Positions 1 to 10,945 of a stretch of DNA of 64,000 bases are shown here, piece after piece. The notes below the pieces were generated by a model, which was not told where the DNA came from, ran no database searches, and saw only the letters and a program-made list of their open reading frames with translations. The position numbers were made by a program, and so were the translations under genes. Within the stretch, counting starts at the first letter, position 1. Every line of letters begins with the position of its first letter. Source of the DNA: Nematocida ausubeli (taxonomy: Eukaryota); the NCBI RefSeq assembly GCF_000738915.1, contig NW_026515638.1, positions 208,882-272,881 of the forward strand, read 5' to 3'.

Positions 1-1842
1 ATCATTAAGGACCTGCTGCATGTACATCTCAACGGCAAATCTTGTGATCGTAAGGGCTCTTTTCTTTACTCCCATACGAGCATATTCTTTGTCTTTGTTG
101 CTGCTGATCTCCAAGACACGCTTTGAGAGTTCGTCTGCTGTGAGTCTCTGGGGGCCAGATTCAGTCTCGTCAGATGCCCATGTACGGGGTGCCAGGAAGT
201 CTTCCTTTGCCAAATGAATGACTGTCTGCCTGAATATTCCCTTTGCCTTAGGGTCTTCAGTTGCAGCACGGAATGTCTTCTCCAGTCGCTCCAATAAGGC
301 AGCGTATACGCTAGTGTAAGCCTGTTCCTGCATGGCTCTGTTGAAGAAGGCTGTTCCCAAGGCTACCATTGCCTCTTCATTTGGTACCTTAATGGAAAGA
401 ATACGCTGTGCAACTGCCTCGATATTATTCTGGCAGACTTGGTTCAGGGAGAGATTAAACTCAGCCACGTACGTCTCGATCTTATCAAAGACTGTCACAG
501 GCAGGGCATTCTTCCTTGTCTCCTTAAAGCCACTTCCAGCCCGGAATGTTTTAAATTCCTTCTTCCTTCGGGCAGACCCAAGTGTCCGTGCAAGAAGGGC
601 CTTATCCAAGGAGCACGGGACACTTTCACCAACTGCCTGCAAAGACCACAAGAATTCCTTTCCGTATATAATTGGCAGAGGTGCATTTATCTCTACTCCT
701 GCTGGTTCTTTTTCTTCTGTCTTAGGCGATGCTTCAGTTTTTATAACTGCTTCAGCTTTTGGAGTTTCAGTCTTAGGCGATGATACTTCTGTCTTAGGCG
801 ATGCCACTTCAGTTCTTGTAGTCTTCTGCTTTATGAACTCTGGTTTGACAGTCTCCTTTACTTCTGCTTCAACTGGTGCTTTTGTTCGTCCTGTGGTTCT
901 TTGGGGTTCAGTCTCTGGGCGTGCATCTCTTCTTCCAGTTCTGGTCTTTTCAGTTGGTGTTTCCACTGGGGCAACTGGTGTCTTTTTTGCTGTCTTTGGT
1001 GCTGAGCTTGGCTTTGTGATTGCCTTTGCTAGTCCACTGAAGATGTTCTTTCTCATTTGGTCTGTGTGCCCAGTGTTATTCCATACGGAGTCACCACTTT
1101 TTAGGTTGATGCTTCTCTGGAGTTCTTCTGTGCTGATGATTACTTCCTTTGGGACTGACTTATTTTCACTCTCTGAGGGTGTCTTAACTGGGGCACTTTT
1201 AATAATAGTCTGCTCCTGTTGCTTCTCTGCTTTCTCAGTGACTGTTGTCTTTTCTTGTTGAGATTCTTTCTGGGTGGCAGCCTTCTCCAAAAGAGAATTC
1301 TTCTCTCTCTCTTCCATTTGCTTCTGGATCTGCAGTCTAATTGCCTCCATGTCACTCATCTGAACAGGAGCCTTTTCCTCTGGAATTTTCTCTTCTGGAA
1401 CTTTCTTCTCTGGTGCTGCCTCTTCAAGAATTTTCTTCTGTGACACTTCCTCAGAAGATGCCTGTGTCTCACTGGATGCTTCTTTTTCCTTTGCGGATAC
1501 TTCTGTGGCAGGTGCGTCTACTAGAATCTGGTGTTTTTTGAATTCTTCCAGGATGATCTGAGATGTGAGCTCAGAACCATCTTGCAAGATAAGCTGAAAC
1601 CCTTTCTTTTCCCTCTTTGGAGGAAGAATTATTTCTGTCTCTTCTTTTTCTGGTGGAGCATCTTCTCTTTTCTTCTTTTTCTTTTTATCCGCATCTGCTT
1701 TCTTTGGGTCTGTTCGGAGCTGGCCTTTGAATGGGGCCCTTTTATTCTCATACAAACCGTCTTTACGGGGGTGGTGTCCGTATGGTTTGTCTGAATATTT
1801 TTCGCTGTGCACAGCTGCGTATCTCTGCTCTTCGCTATCCAT
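1..1842 (-). CDS. eIF4G: Translation initiation factor eIF4G (3' end runs off the window)
   Basis: Hand-translated frame from ATG at 1842 (MDSEEQRYAAVHSEK...) reaches position 1 in frame. It is absent from the ORF track because there is no stop in the window. It carries an eIF4E-binding YxxxxL-phi motif (IIYGKEFLWSL, Tyr codon 664-666), then MIF4G-like helices (FNLSLNQVCQNNIE; FFNRAMQEQAYTSVYAALLERL; IFRQTVIHLAKEDF). The N-terminus is low-complexity and rich in E/K/P. Confidence 0.85.
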   Translation of the reverse strand, partial: MDSEEQRYAAVHSEKYSDKPYGHHPRKDGLYENKRAPFKGQLRTDPKKADADKKKKKKREDAPPEKEETEIILPPKREKKGFQLILQDGSELTSQIILEEFKKHQILVDAPATEVSAKEKEASSETQASSEEVSQKKILEEAAPEKKVPEEKIPEEKAPVQMSDMEAIRLQIQKQMEEREKNSLLEKAATQKESQQEKTTVTEKAEKQQEQTIIKSAPVKTPSESENKSVPKEVIISTEELQRSINLKSGDSVWNNTGHTDQMRKNIFSGLAKAITKPSSAPKTAKKTPVAPVETPTEKTRTGRRDARPETEPQRTTGRTKAPVEAEVKETVKPEFIKQKTTRTEVASPKTEVSSPKTETPKAEAVIKTEASPKTEEKEPAGVEINAPLPIIYGKEFLWSLQAVGESVPCSLDKALLARTLGSARRKKEFKTFRAGSGFKETRKNALPVTVFDKIETYVAEFNLSLNQVCQNNIEAVAQRILSIKVPNEEAMVALGTAFFNRAMQEQAYTSVYAALLERLEKTFRAATEDPKAKGIFRQTVIHLAKEDFLAPRTWASDETESGPQRLTADELSKRVLEISSNKDKEYARMGVKKRALTITRFAVEMYMQQVLND

Positions 1843-2453
1843 ACCGGGGATGAGAAAAAACTAAAATAAAACAAATAAGTATCCAATTACTGCATAAAAC
1901 ACTTTGTTTCAGAAATGCAAGAAAATCTCAAAAGTACCCGGAATAAGGTGATTTCTTAGATTAATGTCACCTGAATATCAATTATATAGAATATGATAAA
2001 ATATTTTATCAGTTACAGCTCATTTTACGTGAATATTTAAGTGAAAATATCACTAACTTATTTCTGTTTATAATTGGTCTATCCTGCTATAGAGCCAGAA
2101 TATTCATGGACTTGGGTACTACACTAATAATATGGGATACTTAAGTATATTTAGTCACTAGACCAGAGATATCCTTAATATTCTATCTTTGAGAAATTTA
2201 TTTGCTTCTGGAGTGTTCAATTACTCCATACTCTGAACTCATGTATATATGCAGTTAAATCTGTTAGGTTTAATGTAATATACTGGATATAACGTATTTT
2301 CAGGTAGAAATATAATTATATTGTGAAATTAGACTAGATCTTCAAAGAGATCTTAAATTAACTAATGAAATAATTAACGTACATTTCAGGTTCAAGTGAA
2401 ATTAGACTAGATATCCTAATGGTACCTACAAAATAACTATTTATTCATATTTC

Positions 2454-4346
2454 CTATGTACTTGGTGCTACTGCAGGTGCTGCAGGTGAAACTGTCTTTC
2501 TTCTATTCAGGAAGACAAGTGCCTGCGGAATGGTCACCCATCCTAAACAAACTGAAGCAGATACCACCAGGAGTGAAATTATCTTGGCAAGATTCTCTTT
2601 GAAGAAGACTCTTATCATAAGTACCCAGTATATTACATAGGCACTTTCCTCCTTCTCATACATCTGACTGTAGAATCTTTTTGCTAGGTCGTAATTCCTG
2701 GCTACTCCACATCCCATCTCGTACATCCATCCTGTGAGATAGTCTCCCTCTGCACTCTCCATAAGGGAAGATGAATAATATCTGGAGAATGCCTTGCCTA
2801 AGTCCTTCTTTACGCCTCTCCCATGGAAGTATGCGTGACCCAGATCTATGGCAGCACTGCTATTATTTGACTCTGCCAGTCTTTTATTCAGCAGGATATA
2901 CAGCATATCTGCTCCTGCTATTTTCCCTATTGATTCTACTGTGATTTTTGTTTTTCCGTTATTGGAATTTTCAGGTTTTATCTTTCCGTTATTGGAATTT
3001 TCAGGTTCATTTTCACTTTCATGCACGAGATTATTCACAGTAGCTGCTGCATCCTGTGTCTCTTCCTTTATGGGGTGCTCTTCATCTGGGACTTTCTCAG
3101 GTGCTTTATTTTTCTCAGTCCTTGCAGTCAGTAGTCTCCCAAGGAATGTTCTTTTTCCTGGGATTTTAATGATCCTGTTCTTCAGGATGTACATTGCATT
3201 CTCGCAGCTTGTCTTTGGGCCTAAGTCACTGATCAACAAGGAGAGATAGAATGCTTCAGTATTTTTGTGTTTCTTGCACATTTCAACTGCTTCTTTCTCC
3301 AGGGCTAATACTTGGTCATGATATACAGCTATACTTTTATACTGTGAAATAACGGCTTTTTTAATTTCCTTTTTCTTCCATGATTTCTCTGCGTATGTGA
3401 ATACAGCAGGCAAATATCCATCTTGTTTTGCAGCCTTCATTAAATGCACTTCCCCAATGAACGTATTAGACCCAGCATACATCTTATACAGGTTATAGTC
3501 TGCTTCCTGTGAGCCAATTGCTGAAGCCCTCTCCAAGTATGCTTTTCCTTCATAGATATCACCTTCATCTAGGCTAATCATCCCTAAGCCATTCAGGCAA
3601 TCAGGGTCATTCCCACGGGCACCTTCTGCAAAGTAGTGCCTGGCAGTTATTTTACTTGGTTTCACTCCCCATCCATAGTAGTACATATTCCCTAGGATAC
3701 CCATTGCATCAAAACTTCCCTTCCTAGCACACTCCTTAAGGAAATCCACGTGATGTTCCAGTTCAACATGACCTATCCTTATAAGAGACAGAAGATTCTC
3801 TGCTGCCCCTGCATCTCCACTGTTCTTTAATGTCTTTATGAACTTAATTATTTTTGCATTTTCACCTTCCTTCTGTAAGTTGCTGAACTTCCACTTTGCA
3901 AATAGAATGATCCTTTTCTTGAAGAAATTCTTGAAGACTTCTTCTGCTACTAGTCTGTAGTAATATGCTGTCTCTTCTTCTGTTCCAATAATATTCTGTT
4001 TTCTGTGCATTTTAGTGGCATACACTAAGTAGGCAAGATTTCTTGTGCTGCAAGTTGAATTCAATGATTTCCAAAGTGACTCAACACCAGTTCTTATATC
4101 AAAGTCAACATACGTGGAGATAAACCACTTATAGAAGTACTTGCATGGGCCTTGATTCTTCTCAATTTCTTCTTTTGCCTTATCCATATCTGTCTGAATG
4201 AAAATACTTTTGAATATTTCAGTGCACCCATGGGGGCATTCTGCTTCTATTTGTGCATTTTCTGGTTCTGTGAGTTCTGGTGTCTTTTCATTTTCTCCCC
4301 AGACACTCAGCAGCAGTACAATCCCTAGTACTACGTGTTTTAGCAT
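2454..4346 (-). CDS. HRD3: Sel1-like repeat protein, Hrd3/SEL1L-like ERAD component
   Basis: N-terminal signal peptide, several Sel1 repeats (AMGILGNMYYYGWGVKPS; LGHAYFHGRGVKKDLGKA; GWMYEMGCGVARNYDLAKRFY) and a C-terminal TM helix. Confidence 0.85.
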   Translation of the reverse strand: MLKHVVLGIVLLLSVWGENEKTPELTEPENAQIEAECPHGCTEIFKSIFIQTDMDKAKEEIEKNQGPCKYFYKWFISTYVDFDIRTGVESLWKSLNSTCSTRNLAYLVYATKMHRKQNIIGTEEETAYYYRLVAEEVFKNFFKKRIILFAKWKFSNLQKEGENAKIIKFIKTLKNSGDAGAAENLLSLIRIGHVELEHHVDFLKECARKGSFDAMGILGNMYYYGWGVKPSKITARHYFAEGARGNDPDCLNGLGMISLDEGDIYEGKAYLERASAIGSQEADYNLYKMYAGSNTFIGEVHLMKAAKQDGYLPAVFTYAEKSWKKKEIKKAVISQYKSIAVYHDQVLALEKEAVEMCKKHKNTEAFYLSLLISDLGPKTSCENAMYILKNRIIKIPGKRTFLGRLLTARTEKNKAPEKVPDEEHPIKEETQDAAATVNNLVHESENEPENSNNGKIKPENSNNGKTKITVESIGKIAGADMLYILLNKRLAESNNSSAAIDLGHAYFHGRGVKKDLGKAFSRYYSSSLMESAEGDYLTGWMYEMGCGVARNYDLAKRFYSQMYEKEESAYVIYWVLMIRVFFKENLAKIISLLVVSASVCLGWVTIPQALVFLNRRKTVSPAAPAVAPST

Positions 4347-4690
4347 TAAATAAAAAAGTATTTGTTGTTAAATTATTTAATTCCCATGGGTACAGACAGA
4401 GTGAAAATCATAAAAAATGGATCTATTTGGAAATAGGGTTATATAGGATACTATTTTATATTAACATATTTCTATTCGAATTTGAATATATGTGTGAATC
4501 TGGTGGGATATGGTTATATATATGTGGGGTCTTGGTGAATTTGGTTATTATTTAATTATCATCTAGAATGTAAATTACTAGGGAATAATTTAGGGTGAAA
4601 ATTATCCCAGTGTGAAAATAACTGAAAATACATGGGAGACTATGAATATACAGTGATTTAATCGATATATATCAAGGTGAAATCAGTTTA

Positions 4691-6619
4691 TTATAGGAGT
4701 TGTGCTATGCTAGTGACAATATCATGCATTATTTCTTTGTCCATCTCCAAGGCACCAGCCAGCAAAAGAAGTGCTTTTGCAGGATCTTGGTTCTCTGGGG
4801 TTGGGTACTCCCCAAGGCGCTGTGCTGTAATTACTAAGGCAGCAGGTATAACACTCTTTATAAGGGGAGTTAAATTCTGAATTTCCCTGACCTTTCTTAA
4901 GACATCTGATGCGTTGTTCTCTGGGACTAAGCCTGCCCGCCGTATGAGGTTGATGGCATTCTCTCTGGATGCACCAATCAGCAAGATATCCCACAGGAAG
5001 TTAATCAGCTCATTATTGAAGTGCTTTATGATTGGCTCTAAGTCATCTTGCGTGTACTCCTTTGTCTCTATCTTGTGCACAAGAATTTCCGTTAAGATTT
5101 CCAGGGTCTTAGCACTCCCTGCGATATAAGATATCTTCAGGGCCTTCAAAAGGTCTCCACTGTGGGTGTAGTACTCAGCCACTCTTTGCACCACCCCTTG
5201 CCACGAAACATCAATGTGCTCCTGGATGGTCGGTGTCTGTCTCCTTCCGGATGCATCTACGTCCCCAAGGACAGCATAGTCCTCTGAGGCAATGAACACC
5301 TCTGCAACTAAATCCTCCAACCATTCAGCAGAAATGAAAGGTGCTGCCAGGTTCACAACAGACAGTTTATCTTGTGCTCTCAAAAAGAGAGAAGTGACAC
5401 CTTGCACGGCCTTAATGAATAGTTCTGTACATTCAGCTGGCATTGTATCAGCCAGCTCTCTTTTAATTGGATATACAAAGGGACTTTCTTCTCGAATCTT
5501 CTGTGAGATTGCATGAGAAATGAAGAGCATCTCACCCGCCTTGAAGGTGTCATCTTGCAGGAGTCTCATTGCCTCCTTCCATTGTTTCAGCATAAGTGCA
5601 GTCTGCAGCAGACGAGGTGCAGTGACAGAACCCTCCAGCATCTTAAATATTTCCAAAGACGTATTTGCTCTCTTCTTTATACCACAGGCAGTTATGGTTT
5701 TCATGACAAGAATATGGTACCACAAGAAGTCTTCAATTGTCGTTATAACGGACTGAACACATTCTGTATTCCCAGTGAATAATCTGTAGAAAAGTAGCTT
5801 AAATGGGTCACCTTTTGTGCTGGGTACATCTTCCCATTCCATTGTATATTTTCTCTCTTCATGTATGAATCCCATTGAGCACATCCATGAGATAATTGAA
5901 GAATGGAAATTATTTGAAATAACGGAAAAGAAGTTCTTGTGGGATTCAATGAATTTCAATGCATCTGAGTACATTCCTGCCCGGATGTACTGATATAATT
6001 CAGCAAACATTCCCCTGTTCTCATACATTTCTATCTTGTACATTCCACTGCTGTATTTCTGCTTAGTATATGCTTTAACTGCATCTACTGTCTTTCCCTT
6101 TAAGGCGTGGGTATAATGGACGTAAGCCAAGAATTCAAGTGGTGTCTGCTGTGAGCTAGCAAATAAATATGCATCGTACAACATGGGTGATGAGAATAGA
6201 CTACTCCCTATTACATCTCCTCTCTTTAGTGCTTTGCATCCTTCAATAATTATGTCTGTGAATTCTTCCTTTCTAATTCTGAATATATTTCTTCTTGGGA
6301 CAGAAAGAAGTCTTTTTTCTTCCTTTATGAAGTACTCCTTTAATTCATTATCGAATTCCTGGACTCTTTGCTTCACTTGTTCCTCTCCAAATTCTATGAG
6401 TTTTTTCTCGAATATTCGATCCAAGTATGACTCTATGGTTATATTTTCACTTTCTGTGCGGTGTCCCATAACTTCACCAAGTTCTTCAATTCTTTTCTCT
6501 AATTCTGGGTGGTAACTGTGAATATCTGATATTGTATTCTTTATGGCTAATTCAACCTCCACTAGTGTCATTGAATATGTCTTCACTGGGCAGTCACTGT
6601 GCTCTGCAATCCTTTGCAT
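4691..6619 (-). CDS. NIC96: Nucleoporin Nic96/Nup93
   Basis: Alpha-helical 642 aa protein with Nic96 motifs YQYIRAG, DPFKLLFYRL and TIEDFLWYHI. Confidence 0.8.
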   Translation of the reverse strand: MQRIAEHSDCPVKTYSMTLVEVELAIKNTISDIHSYHPELEKRIEELGEVMGHRTESENITIESYLDRIFEKKLIEFGEEQVKQRVQEFDNELKEYFIKEEKRLLSVPRRNIFRIRKEEFTDIIIEGCKALKRGDVIGSSLFSSPMLYDAYLFASSQQTPLEFLAYVHYTHALKGKTVDAVKAYTKQKYSSGMYKIEMYENRGMFAELYQYIRAGMYSDALKFIESHKNFFSVISNNFHSSIISWMCSMGFIHEERKYTMEWEDVPSTKGDPFKLLFYRLFTGNTECVQSVITTIEDFLWYHILVMKTITACGIKKRANTSLEIFKMLEGSVTAPRLLQTALMLKQWKEAMRLLQDDTFKAGEMLFISHAISQKIREESPFVYPIKRELADTMPAECTELFIKAVQGVTSLFLRAQDKLSVVNLAAPFISAEWLEDLVAEVFIASEDYAVLGDVDASGRRQTPTIQEHIDVSWQGVVQRVAEYYTHSGDLLKALKISYIAGSAKTLEILTEILVHKIETKEYTQDDLEPIIKHFNNELINFLWDILLIGASRENAINLIRRAGLVPENNASDVLRKVREIQNLTPLIKSVIPAALVITAQRLGEYPTPENQDPAKALLLLAGALEMDKEIMHDIVTSIAQLL

Positions 6620-6686
6620 GATAAAAAAATCTCAAAGCACTAAAAGGATTTTCAATCCTGCAGAGAGAAATTAGAAATGAAAATAA

Positions 6687-6696
6687 TTCGGGTTAT
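6687..6696 (+). promoter_or_regulatory. Copy of recurrent intergenic motif TTCGGGTTAT (others at 18773 on the - strand, 23785, 26237, 30833, 36976, 41056, 51968)
   Basis: Eight exact copies read directly, all intergenic. The function is inferred. Confidence 0.55.
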
Positions 6697-6729
6697 AAAG
6701 GGTGAGAATATTTGGGGATTTATATGGAT

Positions 6730-6990
6730 GCTAGGTGAATTCTTGTATATTCTAGATGGGTTTATGTATTCTAGATGAATTTATATGTGAATTCTTGTGT
6801 ATTCTAAGTAGGTTTATATGTACGAATTCTCTTGTGTATATGTCTATTCTAGGTTAATTTATATGTATGAATTCTTGTGAATTTATGTATATTCTAGGTA
6901 GGTTTATGTGTGAATTTATATGTATTCTAGGTCAATTTATATGCATAAGACGTATTTATGTCTATTCTAGGTGAATTCTTGTATATATGT
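6730..6990. repeat. Degenerate AT-rich tandem repeat built from TATTCTAG(G/A)T and GAATT(C/T) modules
   Basis: About 7 TATTCTA(G/A) modules interleaved with GTGAATTCTTGT or GAATTTATATGT. Confidence 0.7.
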
Positions 6991-7336
6991 ATACCCCAAA
7001 TTAGAATGACCTTTACAATGTTTTCATGGAAATTCATTGAAAGTTAAATTCGGGCTATAAGGAGACCTCTAATGGTGCTATTAAATGGTGCCATTAAAAT
7101 ATGCACTGTACCCATGTGTATTGCATAATTATGTTGAACCATTCTGAATGAAACTCAAAATAAAAGGAGAATGACTTTGTGCAATGTGGAATAGATGGGT
7201 TTCCCTGGGAAGTACCCAAATAATATGCATATAAACATATAATATCCTGGTTTACTGAAATAATTCCATACTTTGCCGTGTAATACTGTCAATTTAATTA
7301 AAATTAATTAGTGAATGATTTTCATATTTGCAGTCA

Positions 7337-10165
7337 ATGAGTGTGCAGGCGTATGGGATATTCGGGTATAAAGGAAATGTGACAATAGTGAGAATTACAA
7401 AAGGGAAAAATAAAGGTGCACTTGGGTACGTGCAACTGGAATATAATATAAACCATATTCCACACATAATTATATCAACTGTATCTGATGCCTTAGAGAA
7501 AGAACTAAGTGAAACCATAGACCAAACAGTCTCAGAGAGTGACAGAATTATGTGCAATGTGCCTGTGACAGATATATCCATATCCTTGGATCGATTGGAA
7601 ATTATAACCAATTCAGTCTCATTTCAATTCATGAATGCAATAGACTTCTGTGCTTGGAAGGGATTTATTCAATGGTCATTTCAGGCAGTTTCAAAAATAT
7701 CAAAAAAAATACCTTCCATCAAGATACCAGGGATATATAAATTAAATGAAGACTTTCTTATTTTTAAGAAATACTTTACAGTGGGTGACTGGAGGAAAAC
7801 AGTGCAAATAAATAACCGTATCCTGGAGACAAATAAGATGCATCATTATATGGTGAATAACAGGATCATACAAAGAGCAGATCCATTGAAACACTGCGCC
7901 AGTAGGGAAGAAATAAACAAACAATTCTACTTGCAAAGTAATTGGCAGAATCCAAAAATACTTCCATACGTTAAGGAAGTAGACGTAGTCTCTGGGAATG
8001 CACAATTTCACGTATACGTATTCGGGAAGTACTACAGACTAGTGGTAGACGAACTTCCATTGAAACATGAAATATGCATAGATTGGATGGTTAATATGTC
8101 ATGTTGTTGCCAGTACATAGACTACGACGGGAATGGTGATGCAGTTGAAATGTCATTTTCCGTTACAATTAATTCATTTAACAGTAATAAGAAGGAGATG
8201 CTTGCTGCCATATACAAAAATACATCAGAATTACTGCATAAATATTGTACGGGTTATTTGCAGATATTTGAAAGCATTGAAGACAGAATGGATAACTACT
8301 TCAGATTTATCACAAGACAGCCAGACCTAGTGGATGAAATATTTTCAAACCATCAAGAGAGGGAATTCTTCCAAAAAAAGTGCAGTTTTGAAGAGGTCCT
8401 TAAGTACTCAATGAATCTGTTTGAATTGCGAATTAGAAGGGCAAATGACCATGGTGCATATATACTTAAAAAACAGCCTGAAAATAGACTAATTTCAGTT
8501 GCACTCAGTACCCTCTGTGAAGCAAAAGAATTAAAAGAGAACTTTCATGAGCTGACACCAGAAGAAATGGCTGACCATGGGGGATGGTACTCTACGCAGC
8601 AGCCAAATATTTATGTCCTTGTGACAGATGCAGCATACGAGGTGGAGTGTGCATGTCAAGTGGCAATTGACCTTCCTGTGCTTTCTTATAGGTCGATCTT
8701 TGTGATGCTCAAGAATTCTGGGCAAATTCAAGAAGGACATCCGGGAGAACTGCAGGAATACATTGATGCTTTTATTTCTGCTACAGTTGCCTTGGAAGAC
8801 ACTATCTCCAGTAATAAAATGCGAAGTCTTTTGGAAGAACCTGAAAATCTTCTTTTTCTGGAATCACCAGAGAGTGCTAATATGCTGACAAGAATGAGCA
8901 GTACAAAGAGACTAGACTATCTTACATGCGGCAGACAGATATATATGCACAGTATATCACGGCTCCTTCTGGATGGATATAACCCGAATAGAACAATTTC
9001 AAATATCCTTCAGATGGGTCTAGTATCACAGGCATCTTATTTTTTTCAAGTTAAATGCGCACTATCTGCAATAACGGACTTTCTTCCATATTCAAAGTTT
9101 TTGTTTGGTGATGGAAGACTTTTCTTTCTCACATTCACAGAAGAGAAAAAATACGCAGAAATGGAATTTAACTCATCCCATCATATTCAGTACCTTCTAT
9201 TCCTGGAGCTACTTGAAATTCAGTGTCAGGCGTACATGGAAGTCTGTTTATTAAAAATATCCCACTGTCACCCTGTAAGGAAGCTTGAAAGACTGTTGAA
9301 ATATAATTATATGTCAAGAGAATTGTCCTGTTGGAAAGAACTGGTTTTATTTTATATTCAAGAGGCACATGCACGGCTGTCCTTATTTAGGCCTTCATTC
9401 ATCTCTATGTACCTTCTCTCAAGTAATATTATGATTAGAATGTATGAAAATACTAAGAATTTTAAGGATACAGAAATACCAGTGATTTTAAGGTATTTTA
9501 CGCCTGGCCTTTACTCTGACTATCTCTCTGAGGTGAGTGTCCACCAAGAAGATGCTCTTTGGGCATCCATTCAGGAGAGTTTTTCTGCCTTTGAGAAATT
9601 CAAGGTGAAATATTCTTCATCTGACAGACACGAAATACTTCGCATTCAGAATACTGGTGAGATTGTGCGTATGCTGTCTGTCATGGCATCTTTAGATGGT
9701 TCTCCTACTATGAGGAGTATAATTATGCTTAACAGAATTCTTAGAAATTTATTGAGTTTTTATATGAAGTTTTACCTCTCCAAGGACATCTGTGCTATAG
9801 AATACGCAAAATGTCTTTCTGTCTCTCTCAGGATTATTCAAGGCATAAACAAGGACTTGCTTGCAGATCCTGGTATAACCATTGGAAGAGCATGTACGCA
9901 AGATGATTTGTGTTGGGCACTGAAGAAAAAGCTGTTATTTTCAAACGCAGTGTTTAATTATTTAATTAGTGACCTTGTGGTATACACTTCCACACTGGTC
10001 TCTGTAGAGGATATAGTGTTTCCTAATGAAGCCTTTGTTTTATCCCTGGAGACATATATTATCCGGTGGGCTAACTACCATGCAAGTATACCAACCATTG
10101 AGGAGGATGCAGATATACTGAAATCCACCCTTCTGTATTACTTTCCAAAGAGTCTTAAAAAGTAG
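7337..10165 (+). CDS. Hypothetical protein (~942 aa), no recognised domain
   Basis: Long uninterrupted ORF in AT-rich DNA. First in-frame ATG is at 7337 (the track start is TTG at 7328). Confidence 0.8.
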   Translation: MSVQAYGIFGYKGNVTIVRITKGKNKGALGYVQLEYNINHIPHIIISTVSDALEKELSETIDQTVSESDRIMCNVPVTDISISLDRLEIITNSVSFQFMNAIDFCAWKGFIQWSFQAVSKISKKIPSIKIPGIYKLNEDFLIFKKYFTVGDWRKTVQINNRILETNKMHHYMVNNRIIQRADPLKHCASREEINKQFYLQSNWQNPKILPYVKEVDVVSGNAQFHVYVFGKYYRLVVDELPLKHEICIDWMVNMSCCCQYIDYDGNGDAVEMSFSVTINSFNSNKKEMLAAIYKNTSELLHKYCTGYLQIFESIEDRMDNYFRFITRQPDLVDEIFSNHQEREFFQKKCSFEEVLKYSMNLFELRIRRANDHGAYILKKQPENRLISVALSTLCEAKELKENFHELTPEEMADHGGWYSTQQPNIYVLVTDAAYEVECACQVAIDLPVLSYRSIFVMLKNSGQIQEGHPGELQEYIDAFISATVALEDTISSNKMRSLLEEPENLLFLESPESANMLTRMSSTKRLDYLTCGRQIYMHSISRLLLDGYNPNRTISNILQMGLVSQASYFFQVKCALSAITDFLPYSKFLFGDGRLFFLTFTEEKKYAEMEFNSSHHIQYLLFLELLEIQCQAYMEVCLLKISHCHPVRKLERLLKYNYMSRELSCWKELVLFYIQEAHARLSLFRPSFISMYLLSSNIMIRMYENTKNFKDTEIPVILRYFTPGLYSDYLSEVSVHQEDALWASIQESFSAFEKFKVKYSSSDRHEILRIQNTGEIVRMLSVMASLDGSPTMRSIIMLNRILRNLLSFYMKFYLSKDICAIEYAKCLSVSLRIIQGINKDLLADPGITIGRACTQDDLCWALKKKLLFSNAVFNYLISDLVVYTSTLVSVEDIVFPNEAFVLSLETYIIRWANYHASIPTIEEDADILKSTLLYYFPKSLKK

Positions 10166-10945
10166 ATATATCTGTGGTTTTAGTGTGCCTGTGAGTCTAA
10201 AACACCTAGAACAGAACTATCCTTCTTCTGTCTATTTTTCTTGTTTTTATCTTTAGTGCACTTTGATTTGCAATCTCTTCATGAAAAGAATCCCAGAAAA
10301 TCAAATCTGTACAGATTTTATTTTACAAAGTGCAAAAAAAAAAGAAATATAAATAGAGTAATAATACAGTCAGTATATGAAAAGAAAGAACAAGTTCATT
10401 TTATGCCTGTCATAAAGTATACAAGCACAGAATAACTATATAATACATAATGAATACATATAATTTATGAAGTAACTTAAAGAGATATCTGAAACCAAAA
10501 ATAACCACTAGACACTTAATATTCTCTTCTCTTACTCTTACTCTTAGGAATATTCATGATTTATGAAGTAATTATATCTGGCTTGTCTATCTTTTGCAGT
10601 TGTATATCTTGTCTATCTTGTCTATTTTTTGCAGTTGCCTTAGTCACTTTCTACAACAAAGGACATTATTCAGTAAGAAATATCCATGAACCACAATAAG
10701 CCATAAATAAAGTAGATATCTTATATAAACTATAAACAGTCTAGTGCCTGAGTGTATTATAATATTTATTATCATTCATTGGTTCCTTGCACTGGATATT
10801 CTTCGAATATTTCAGTTAATATTAGGTTATATTTAACATCCAAAAAGTTCAGACTAAAGTACTCATGGAGTACCAATCTAACCCGAATTAGTCTGCAAGT
10901 AACCATTATTCCAGCATATTCCTGGATGAAAATGCTATTTCCTTA

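Noticed and set aside
332..1261. 309-aa + strand ORF
   Set aside because: Antisense shadow of eIF4G; its S/V/F-rich composition mirrors the E/K/T codons on the other strand.
2950..3010. 30-nt duplication in HRD3 (PENSNNGK twice)
   Set aside because: Simple in-frame slippage in a disordered linker.
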